A DNA stretch of 60,018 bases from Bacilli bacterium (GTDB lineage: Bacteria; Bacillota_I; Bacilli_A; JBKEDG01). The stretch lies in contig JBKEBI010000023.1 of NCBI GenBank assembly GCA_047973085.1, forward strand, positions 1-60,018, read 5' to 3'. The notes beneath the pieces were generated by a model. That model was not told the origin of the DNA. It saw nothing but the letters and a program-made list of their open reading frames with translations, and did not search any database. Shown in pieces: positions 48,441 to 56,424 of this stretch; the first letter of the stretch is position 1, and each line of letters begins with the position of its first letter. A program made the translations under genes and the position numbers.

Positions 48441-49617
48441 TACTCCTGTTGCAAACATTTGTCATATTACTATTTTTGGGGATAGAAATTCTGGTAAAAG
48501 TAGCTTGTTTAATGCTATAATTAATCAAGATATTGCAATAATTGATGAAACTCTTGGTACCACTACTGATCCTATTCATAAGCGAATAGAATTACTTCCT
48601 TTTGGTCCGGTTCTTTTAACTGATACTGCTGGAATGGATGATGAAGGAGATTTAGGTAAAAAGCGGATTGAAAAATCAAAAAAAATGTATGCAAGAACAA
48701 ATTTTGGAATAGTATTATTTGATGCAACAAAAAATAATTTTGATCATAGTTGTGAAAGCGAGTTAGCAAAATTTGATATTAGTTATGTGAAAGTTTTTAA
48801 TAAGATAGATTTAATTTCAAATGAGAAATTAGAACAACTAAAAAAAGATTTTCCCAATGCTTTGTTTGTTGCAACAAATGATTTTAAAAGTGTTTTAGAT
48901 TTTAAAGAGAGTTTAATGCATAAACTTAGCATACAAGAAAATAGATCTATTATAGGCAAATATTTAAATCCCAAAGATAATGTAGTATTAGTTATACCAA
49001 TAGATAGTGAAGCACCTAAGGGAAGACTTATTCTCCCTCAGGTTCAAGTAATACGTGATTTACTGGATTACAATATTAATGCAATTATAACTAATGAAAA
49101 TAATTTAGTAGAAACTTTAAAAAATATAGATAATGTTATGATGGTAATAACAGATTCTCAGGTTTTTCATAAAATAAAAGATATTGTACCAGATTCAATA
49201 TATTTAACATCTTTTTCTATTTTGTTTGCTCACTATAAATCCAATTTAAATAATTTCAGTTTAACTCTTCCAACAAAAGTAAGTAATGTATTAATATGCG
49301 AAAGTTGTACACATAATGTTGGTCATGAAGATATAGGTATGGTGAAAATTCCGAGACTTTTGAAAAAAAGGTATGGAGATATTGAAATCAAACATGTAAT
49401 GGGAAATGATTTTGTTAGTAGTTTGGATAATTTTGATTTAATTATTCATTGTGGTAGTTGTATGTTAAATGATAGTGTTATGAAGTATCGTATTAATTTA
49501 GCCAAAGAATCAAATGTGTTATTTACTAACTATGGGCTGTATTTAGCTTATGAAAGTGATATTTTAGATCGTAGTATCCAATTTTTTAAAGATAAAAATA
49601 TTATAAAAGTTAATTAA
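48424..49617 (+). CDS. hydF: [FeFe]-hydrogenase maturase GTPase HydF
   Basis: GDRNSGKSSL P-loop, DTAG, NKID, and C-terminal CxH...HCGSC cluster motif. ATG 48433 is an alternative start. Confidence 0.9.
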   Translation: MICMSNTPVANICHITIFGDRNSGKSSLFNAIINQDIAIIDETLGTTTDPIHKRIELLPFGPVLLTDTAGMDDEGDLGKKRIEKSKKMYARTNFGIVLFDATKNNFDHSCESELAKFDISYVKVFNKIDLISNEKLEQLKKDFPNALFVATNDFKSVLDFKESLMHKLSIQENRSIIGKYLNPKDNVVLVIPIDSEAPKGRLILPQVQVIRDLLDYNINAIITNENNLVETLKNIDNVMMVITDSQVFHKIKDIVPDSIYLTSFSILFAHYKSNLNNFSLTLPTKVSNVLICESCTHNVGHEDIGMVKIPRLLKKRYGDIEIKHVMGNDFVSSLDNFDLIIHCGSCMLNDSVMKYRINLAKESNVLFTNYGLYLAYESDILDRSIQFFKDKNIIKVN

Positions 49618-49618
49618 G

Positions 49619-49694
49619 ATGTATAAAAATACACATTATTTATATTGATGTATATTTTTATGCATTTTTCATATTAATGCATATTGAAATACAT
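49619..49694. repeat. Three 18-bp inverted-repeat units (ATGYAT-N6-ATRCAY) spaced exactly 29 bp apart, upstream of an extended -10 element
   Basis: Units: ATGTATAAAAATACACAT (49619), ATGTATATTTTTATGCAT (49648), ATGCATATTGAAATACAT (49677). TGATATAAT follows at about 49702-49710. Confidence 0.6.
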
Positions 49695-49729
49695 TAATAG
49701 ATTTGATATAATACATATAAGGAAGTGAT

Positions 49730-50395
49730 ATGATGGATAAGTATGTTGCTATTATTGGTGATATAGTAAATTCTAAAAATATTGATAATAGAAGTGAAGT
49801 TCAGTATCAACTAAAAAATATTGTTGAATGTTTAAACTTAAAATATCAAAATGATATAATGTTTGATTTGAGGATAAGCTTAGGGGATGAAGTGCAGGGG
49901 GTATTTAGGCTTGGAGGTAATATTATAAGTGTTATTGAAGATCTCGAAATGATGATGTATCCTGTAAGAATGCGCTTTGGGATTGGTGTAGGAGAAGTTG
50001 ATGAAGATTATGTTAGTGATAATACATTAGAAATGGATGGTTCTGCTTATCATTATGCGAGAGCTATGATTTCTGCAATTAAAAATCAAGAGTTAAAAAA
50101 TTCTGATAGTTTTACTTTTGTGAGATTTTATTCTGATTCAAATGTAGATAATATTATTAATAGCATTTTTATTTTAGCCTCAACTTTAAAAATTAAATGG
50201 ACTAGTAGACAACGTGAAGTTATAACTACATATATTATGAGTGATGAAAATCAATATCAAACTGCAGAAAAATTAGAGATTGATCAGTCAACTGTTAATA
50301 GAAGTTTAAAGGCTTCTAATTACTATAATTATCGTGATGCAATAACTAAACTAAAGTTATTTTTAGAAGATTTGGAGGTTGAAAAACATGGTTAA
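49730..50395 (+). CDS. SatD-family protein: nucleotidyl-cyclase-like N-terminal domain plus C-terminal HTH
   Basis: VAIIGDIVNSK, ISLGDEVQGVF, MRFGIGVGEV and DGSAYHYARAM resemble class III cyclase/GGDEF-fold motifs. C-terminal HTH: QYQTAEKLEIDQSTVNRSLK. Confidence 0.6.
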   Translation: MMDKYVAIIGDIVNSKNIDNRSEVQYQLKNIVECLNLKYQNDIMFDLRISLGDEVQGVFRLGGNIISVIEDLEMMMYPVRMRFGIGVGEVDEDYVSDNTLEMDGSAYHYARAMISAIKNQELKNSDSFTFVRFYSDSNVDNIINSIFILASTLKIKWTSRQREVITTYIMSDENQYQTAEKLEIDQSTVNRSLKASNYYNYRDAITKLKLFLEDLEVEKHG

Positions 50396-51056
50396 AACTG
50401 TATTGTTTATGTTACTAAGTGCTCATTTTTTAGCTGATTTTTATTTTCAAAGTAGTAAGTTATCAGATAGTAAAAGAAGTAATAGTATTAGTTTACTTAT
50501 ACATTGTGGAATTCACTTTATTGCGATGCTTATTTTAACTATACCAGTTATAAATTTAAAAGTTTCACTTGTTATTGTTGCAATTACAGTTTCTCACTAT
50601 ATAATTGATTTATTTAAAAGTAGGTTTGAAGAAACACCAAAAGTTTATATAATAGATCAAATATTACATATTGGAATAATATTTGTCAGTGCTTTAATTT
50701 TAAGTAATGATGTATATAGTTACTTTACAATTTCATATTTATCATGGATTTTAGCTTTGATTGTTATTATTAATCCAGTGAGAATTACTTTACAAAAAAC
50801 TTTAATAAATTTTAAGCCTGAAGATGATCAAGGATATGCTAATGCAGGGGCATTGATTGGAATACTAGAAAGAGTAATAATTTTAATGCTACTTTCACAG
50901 GGTCAATACATCGCAATAAGTTTTGTTATAACTGCCAAATCAATTGTTAGATATGATAAAATTAGTAAAGATATAAGGTTTTCAGAATACTATTTACTTG
51001 GGACATTAACTAGTTTATTGTCTGTTATTGTAGTATATATTTTTGTTATAGCTTAG
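50388..51056 (+). CDS. DUF3307-family polytopic membrane protein
   Basis: ATG 50388 after GGAGG, overlapping the satD-like stop. About 6 TM segments. Repeated H-x3-D motifs (AHFLADF, SHYIIDL). Confidence 0.6.
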   Translation: MVKTVLFMLLSAHFLADFYFQSSKLSDSKRSNSISLLIHCGIHFIAMLILTIPVINLKVSLVIVAITVSHYIIDLFKSRFEETPKVYIIDQILHIGIIFVSALILSNDVYSYFTISYLSWILALIVIINPVRITLQKTLINFKPEDDQGYANAGALIGILERVIILMLLSQGQYIAISFVITAKSIVRYDKISKDIRFSEYYLLGTLTSLLSVIVVYIFVIA

Positions 51057-51121
51057 GTTAATTGACTTTCATTTCTTCATGTGTTAATATTGACCTTAGG
51101 TGAAGGTGATTGGAGAAAAAT

Positions 51122-51337
51122 ATGGAATTGAATAAGGGTAAATTGAATCAATCATATACTGTAGTAGAAATTAAAACAAATGATGAAAGCATGAAGGAAT
51201 TCCTTTTTTCATTGGGGTGCTTTCCTGGAGAAAACTTGACTATTATTTCAAAATTAGCTGCTAATTTTGTTATAAGTGTCAAGGATGCGAGATATTCTAT
51301 TGATGAAAATCTTGCTAAATGCATTATTGTAGAATAG
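51122..51337 (+). CDS. feoA: Ferrous iron transport protein FeoA
   Basis: About 72-aa SH3-like FeoA (LGCFPGENLTII). TTG 51110 is an alternative start. Confidence 0.8.
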   Translation: MELNKGKLNQSYTVVEIKTNDESMKEFLFSLGCFPGENLTIISKLAANFVISVKDARYSIDENLAKCIIVE

Positions 51338-51344
51338 TGAAATT

Positions 51345-51370
51345 AAACTGTAAGTATTTACAGTTTTTTT
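51345..51370 (+). terminator. Terminator-like hairpin between feoA and feoB
   Basis: Stem aaactgtaa/ttacagttt, 4-nt loop, T7 run. Confidence 0.65.
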
Positions 51371-51454
51371 ATGCACTTATCTATTGCGTAATGGTTACGC
51401 TTATGGTAAAATATAAGGGAAGTTAAATACATGTACTAATATAGGAGGAATTTT

Positions 51455-53437
51455 ATGAAAATAGCATTAACAGGTAATCCAAATAGTGGGAAAACAACTC
51501 TTTTTAATGCAATTACTGGTAGAATTGAACACGTTGGAAATTGGGCTGGTGTTACAGTTGAAAAAAAAGAGGGAAAAATAAAAGATATTTTAAATAAAAG
51601 TGATTTAGATTTAGTAGCTGTAGATTTACCTGGTGCTTATTCAATGAGTCCATATACTGGTGAGGAAAGTGTTACTAGTGAGTTTATTAAAAATGAGAAT
51701 CCAGATGTTATTATTAATATTGTTGATTCAACAAATCTTAGTAGAAGTTTGTTTTTTACAACTCAGCTTTTAGAATTGAAAATTCCAGTTGTTATTGCTT
51801 TAAATAAAAGTGATATAACTGCTAAGAAAGGAAATAAGATTAATACTGGATTACTTAGTCAATATTTAAACTGCCCTGTTGTTGAAACAACTTGTACAAA
51901 GTCAACTGATAATGGATTAGAGTTACTGATTTCAGAGTGTGTGCGTCATATTAAAAGTCCTCATGAACAAATACCACCTAGGATTGATGGGTTGAAGAAA
52001 GCTGCAAGTGAGAAGCAGTATTTAAGTGCAGATAAAAAACGGTTTGCATTTGTGAATGAAATTGTAGAAGAAGTAGAGCGCAAAAAAATTAGTGCTTCTG
52101 TACAAACAAAGCAAGATAAAATTGATAGAATTGTAGCGCATAAATGGTTGGGAATTCCAATTTTTGTTGCTGTAATATATTTTATATTTTCAGTTTCACA
52201 AGCATGGATTGGCCCACTTATAGCAGATACTTTAGTGGGATGGCTTGAAAGTTTTCAAAGCTACATTGCAAGTTTATTTGATGGTGCTAATCCTCTAGTA
52301 GAAGCCTTACTTGTTGATGGTATCATAGGGGGAATAATAGCAGTAATTGGATTCTTACCTCTAATTATGGTAATGTTCTTTTTAATGGCATTATTTGAAG
52401 ATTGTGGTTATATGGCTCGTGTTGCTGTAGTAATGGATCGCTTCTTTAAAAAAATTGGACTTTCTGGAAAAAGTATCATTCCAATGGTAATTGGAACAGC
52501 ATGTGGAATTCCTGGAGTAATGGCTTCTCGAACTATTAGAAACGAGCGTCAAAGAAGAACGACTGCAATGCTTACACCTTTTATGCCATGTGGTGCAAAA
52601 CTTCCAATCATTGCATTATTTGCTGGTGTATTCTTTGCAGGTAATGCATGGGTTGGTACTGCAATGTATTTCTTGGCAATTGTCATTATTATTGTAAGTG
52701 CTTTAATAATTAGAAAAATTACAGGAGATACATCACAGACATATTTTATTTTAGAACTTCCAGAATATCGTGTTCCAAGCATAAAAAGAGCAGTAGTTTC
52801 TATGATGTCACGTGCAAAGGCATTCATTATAAAAGCAACAACAATTATTCTTATTTGTAATGCTATCATACATATTATGCAGACTTTTACTTGGTCATTT
52901 ACAGTTGCAGAAAATGCATCTGATAGTATTCTTGCTTCTGTTGCTTCTCCATTTGCAATACTATTTATTCCACTTGGATTTGGTGTTTGGCAGTTTGCAG
53001 CAGCAGCAATAACAGGTTTTATCGCCAAGGAAAATGTTGTTGGTACCCTTGCTGTTGTATTTGGAGTTTCAAATTTTATTGATGCAGAAGCATTTGAACT
53101 TGCTGATACAGCTGGAGCTGTAAATAGTGTAGAAGCAGCATTTGCAATTACTTCTGTCGCAGCTTTATCATATTTAATATTTAATTTATTTACACCACCT
53201 TGTTTTGCCTGTATTGGAGCAGTAAGAGCAGAAGTTAACTCTACTAAGTGGACACTTGGGGCAATAGGCTTTCAATTTGCAGTTGGTTATGTCCTTGCTT
53301 TTGCAACGTATCAAATAGGAACAGTGGTTACATTAGGAGAAGTGGGGAGTGGCTTTGTCCCTGGATTGATAGCTGTAATAGTAGTGTGTGGATATATTGG
53401 TTATTTGATGAAAAAAGGATCAAGTGTTGAAAGTTAG
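51455..53437 (+). CDS. feoB: Ferrous iron transporter FeoB
   Basis: N-terminal G-domain (GNPNSGKTT, DLPG, NKSD) and a polytopic C-terminal permease with gate motifs. Confidence 0.95.
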   Translation: MKIALTGNPNSGKTTLFNAITGRIEHVGNWAGVTVEKKEGKIKDILNKSDLDLVAVDLPGAYSMSPYTGEESVTSEFIKNENPDVIINIVDSTNLSRSLFFTTQLLELKIPVVIALNKSDITAKKGNKINTGLLSQYLNCPVVETTCTKSTDNGLELLISECVRHIKSPHEQIPPRIDGLKKAASEKQYLSADKKRFAFVNEIVEEVERKKISASVQTKQDKIDRIVAHKWLGIPIFVAVIYFIFSVSQAWIGPLIADTLVGWLESFQSYIASLFDGANPLVEALLVDGIIGGIIAVIGFLPLIMVMFFLMALFEDCGYMARVAVVMDRFFKKIGLSGKSIIPMVIGTACGIPGVMASRTIRNERQRRTTAMLTPFMPCGAKLPIIALFAGVFFAGNAWVGTAMYFLAIVIIIVSALIIRKITGDTSQTYFILELPEYRVPSIKRAVVSMMSRAKAFIIKATTIILICNAIIHIMQTFTWSFTVAENASDSILASVASPFAILFIPLGFGVWQFAAAAITGFIAKENVVGTLAVVFGVSNFIDAEAFELADTAGAVNSVEAAFAITSVAALSYLIFNLFTPPCFACIGAVRAEVNSTKWTLGAIGFQFAVGYVLAFATYQIGTVVTLGEVGSGFVPGLIAVIVVCGYIGYLMKKGSSVES

Positions 53438-53445
53438 GAGTTTTT

Positions 53446-53592
53446 ATGGAGACAATAATAGCAGTATTGATAATAATTGTAATACTATTTTTAGCTATTT
53501 TAAAAATTTATACTGAAAAGAAAAAGGGAGCTAAATGTATAGGGTGTCCTGCTTATAAAGATGACAACGGATGTTGTTCAATGAAGAAGTGA
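53446..53592 (+). CDS. FeoB-associated Cys-rich small membrane protein (48 aa; not in the supplied ORF track)
   Basis: Sequence METIIAVLIIIVILFLAILKIYTEKKKGAKCIGCPAYKDDNGCCSMKK: one TM segment plus a C..C....CC tail. Starts 9 nt after the feoB stop, with GGAG upstream. Confidence 0.65.
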   Translation: METIIAVLIIIVILFLAILKIYTEKKKGAKCIGCPAYKDDNGCCSMKK

Positions 53593-53598
53593 ATATTT

Positions 53599-53622
53599 GC
53601 GAAGTCATTTGGCTTCGTTTTT
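53599..53622 (+). terminator. Rho-independent terminator after the feo genes
   Basis: Stem gcgaagtc/ggcttcgt, 4-nt loop, T-run. Confidence 0.65.
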
Positions 53623-53657
53623 ATATAAAAGTTTATTTTAAATAAAATATTTTTTAG

Positions 53658-53687
53658 TTGACATAGCATATTCAAGTATGCTAAAAT
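53658..53687 (+). promoter_or_regulatory. Sigma-A-type promoter with an embedded 7-6-7 inverted repeat
   Basis: TTGACA (53658-63), 18-nt spacer, TAAAAT (53682-87). TAGCATA-TTCAAG-TATGCTA (53664-53683) fills the spacer. Confidence 0.5.
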
Positions 53688-53722
53688 ATAAAACGTAGTC
53701 ATTACGCTTAGGAGGAAATGTT

Positions 53723-54607
53723 ATGAAAAAAATTATAGTAATCATATTTGCTGCATTTGTACTTGTAGGGTGTAGTAGTAGTGAAAAAAGTGAAAGTGGA
53801 ACTAAAACTATTGAAATAGCTGGAGAAAATATAGAAATTCCAAGTAATCCACAAAGAATTGTTGCCGATTATTACGTTGGAGAATTAATTATGTTAGATG
53901 CTAATTTAATAGGAGCAGATTTTACTTATTCTTCAACTTTGTGGGGAGATATAAGTGATATTGAAAATGTTGGACAGTCAATGGAAGCTGTAGCTGGACT
54001 TGAACCTGACTTAATAATTACAATTAATGAAGAATATGTTGATCAATATAAAGAAATTGCAACAACTGTTGTTATTCCATATGGAACTTATAATCCAGAA
54101 GAGTTGGTTTTAAAACTTTCAGAAATCACAAATACTGAAGAAAAAGCGGATGAGTGGGTAGATAATTTTAATAGCAATATTGAAGAGTTAAAAGAAATAG
54201 TTGATGAGGAAGAGACTTGGACAATTCTTGAACTTAATGGTGAAGGAGCTTATTTTTATGGAGAGCATTACGGTAGAAGTGGTTATATCCTATATGATAA
54301 ATTAGGACTTAAATCAACACAAGAGGCAGAAGAGCAGTATGTACGAAAAGCAGATTCTTATTTAAATGCAACAGTTGAATCGATGCCAGATCTTGTTGGT
54401 GACAATTTAATATTAGTATACCCACCAGATGTTGATTATACTAAGCACCACTTTTTAACAAATGATGTTTGGAATAGCTTAAATGCAGTTAAACAAGGCA
54501 ATGTATATTATGTACAGGCAGATGATTTTTGGTATCTTGATCCATTTTCATTAGATAAACAAGTTGAAGTTTTGAAGGAAATTTTCAATGAAAAAAACCC
54601 AAAATAA
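53723..54607 (+). CDS. Iron-siderophore/cobalamin-type ABC transporter substrate-binding lipoprotein
   Basis: Lipobox LVGCSS. Cluster-A/class III SBP-like sequence. First gene of a FecCD-type operon. Confidence 0.8.
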   Translation: MKKIIVIIFAAFVLVGCSSSEKSESGTKTIEIAGENIEIPSNPQRIVADYYVGELIMLDANLIGADFTYSSTLWGDISDIENVGQSMEAVAGLEPDLIITINEEYVDQYKEIATTVVIPYGTYNPEELVLKLSEITNTEEKADEWVDNFNSNIEELKEIVDEEETWTILELNGEGAYFYGEHYGRSGYILYDKLGLKSTQEAEEQYVRKADSYLNATVESMPDLVGDNLILVYPPDVDYTKHHFLTNDVWNSLNAVKQGNVYYVQADDFWYLDPFSLDKQVEVLKEIFNEKNPK

Positions 54608-55568
54608 TCTTATAATAATAGTGCTAATTTTAATATTGATCTTAGTAGTGATGTTGTCAATTTCTCAGGGAGAAATTGATATTTCATTTTCAGAATCTCT
54701 AAAAGCTTTATTAAATAAATCTACCTCATTTAATAATAATGTAGTAAATAAAATTAGACTTCCAAGAGTAGTAGTTGGAATTTGTGTAGGTGTTGCACTT
54801 AGCTTAAGTGGGTTAATAACAAGCATAGCCCTTAAAAATCCGTTGGCGGATAGTGGAATTTTAGGAATTCAATCAGGAGCAACAATAGGAGCACTTATTG
54901 CAATTTTGGTACTTCCTTCAATGATAATTTACTTACCTATATTTTCATTTATTGGAGGAATAGTAGTATTTTTATTACTACTTTTAATTACAGTAGGGAA
55001 AAATGGATATTCTTCTAAAAATATTGTACTAAGCGGTGTAGCAATGAATGCTTTTGCAACATCTATTACTGGTACTATTGCTATAGTATATGCTGATAGA
55101 TTTAAAAATGCATTAGGTTGGTTGAATGGATCACTTTCTACAATAAGTGTTACTGATATGAAGGTTATCTTAATATATACAACTATACTAGTAATAATAA
55201 TTCTATTTTTTATCCCAGTAATAAAAATTTTAATGCTAGATGACAACGCAATACTAAACATAGGACATAATCCCAATGTCTTAAGATTTATTTTAACACT
55301 ACTTGCAGTACTATTAGCATGTATTAGTGTAGCATTTGTTGGGGTAATTGCATTTATTGGAATAATTGCTCCACAAATAAGTAGAAAATTAGTCGGTGTA
55401 AATATAGGGTATTTAATTGTTTCTTCAGTTTTGATTGGAGCTATCTTAGTGGTTGGAACAGATCTTTTACAAAGGATTATATTTTCCCCAATGGAAGTTC
55501 CAGTTGGAATTTTAATTGGAGTAATTGGTGCACCGATGTTTATTATTTTGGCTAGGAGGAAATCATAG
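54588..55568 (+). CDS. FecCD-family iron-chelate ABC permease
   Basis: 326-aa polytopic protein with typical FecCD motifs (RLPRVVVGICVG, GAPMFIIL). Confidence 0.9.
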   Translation: MKKTQNNLIIIVLILILILVVMLSISQGEIDISFSESLKALLNKSTSFNNNVVNKIRLPRVVVGICVGVALSLSGLITSIALKNPLADSGILGIQSGATIGALIAILVLPSMIIYLPIFSFIGGIVVFLLLLLITVGKNGYSSKNIVLSGVAMNAFATSITGTIAIVYADRFKNALGWLNGSLSTISVTDMKVILIYTTILVIIILFFIPVIKILMLDDNAILNIGHNPNVLRFILTLLAVLLACISVAFVGVIAFIGIIAPQISRKLVGVNIGYLIVSSVLIGAILVVGTDLLQRIIFSPMEVPVGILIGVIGAPMFIILARRKS

Positions 55569-56332
55569 TGTTAAATGTAGAAAATTTAAAGTTAACAATT
55601 GAAGATAATTTAATATTGAATGATATCTCTCTAACTGTAAATAAAGGTGAATTCATTTCAATAATTGGAGCAAATGGTAGTGGAAAGAGTACATTTGTAA
55701 AAGCAATAACTAAAAGAATAAAAGACTTTAAAGGCGTTGTAAAAATTGATGGAAAAAATTTGTTGAATTTGAAGCATAAAAACCTTGCTAAGTTTGTTTC
55801 TACATTTGCACAGCATCATGAAAGCATAGAGGAACTAACAGTATATGATATTGCTTCTTTTGGAAGGGTTCCACATAAGAAAACTTTGGCACTTCTTTCA
55901 AAAAAAGATTATGAAATTATAGATGATGTTTTAAAGCATTTAGATATCTATGATTTAAAAGATAGAATTATTTCTACGCTCAGTGGTGGTGAATTGCAGA
56001 GAGTGTACCTTGCTGCATGTTTGATTCAAGAACCAGAATTTTTAATTTTGGATGAACCGACAAATCATCTAGATATTAAGCATCAATATAATATTCTTTC
56101 TCTAATTAAAAAATATTCAACAAAGAATAATCTTACAGTTTTATGTATTTTACATGACCTAAATCAAGCTATGAAGTATGGTGATAAGATAGCAATTTTA
56201 AAAGATGGAAAAATTTATTCTTATGGGAAACCAATAGATGTTATTAATGAAAAAGTTGTTGAAGAGGTTTTTGAGGTATCGTCAAAGTTATATAATGATG
56301 AAAATGAAATCCATATTGATTTTTTAATATAA
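55568..56332 (+). CDS. Iron-chelate ABC transporter ATPase
   Basis: Walker A GANGSGKST, LSGGELQRV, Walker B LILDEPTNHLD. GTG start after AGGAGG. Confidence 0.9.
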   Translation: MLNVENLKLTIEDNLILNDISLTVNKGEFISIIGANGSGKSTFVKAITKRIKDFKGVVKIDGKNLLNLKHKNLAKFVSTFAQHHESIEELTVYDIASFGRVPHKKTLALLSKKDYEIIDDVLKHLDIYDLKDRIISTLSGGELQRVYLAACLIQEPEFLILDEPTNHLDIKHQYNILSLIKKYSTKNNLTVLCILHDLNQAMKYGDKIAILKDGKIYSYGKPIDVINEKVVEEVFEVSSKLYNDENEIHIDFLI

Positions 56333-56424
56333 AATTTACAGTAAACTAGGTATTGATTTTTATCTAGTTTTATTTTATAATAATATTAGCAATCAAATGT
56401 ATAGATTGCTAATAGGAGGTAATT

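Noticed and set aside
52549-53028. 159-aa minus-strand ORF inside feoB, and similar antisense or alternate-frame ORFs. These include 2406-2735, 4833-5084, 9070-9324, 19865-20047, 30398-30742, 32747-33352, 35059-35338, 36548-36778, 42571-43124, 54929-55276 and 56484-56756
   Set aside because: All lie within well-supported genes with clear family motifs. They lack RBS and domain signatures and have the composition expected of out-of-frame translation.
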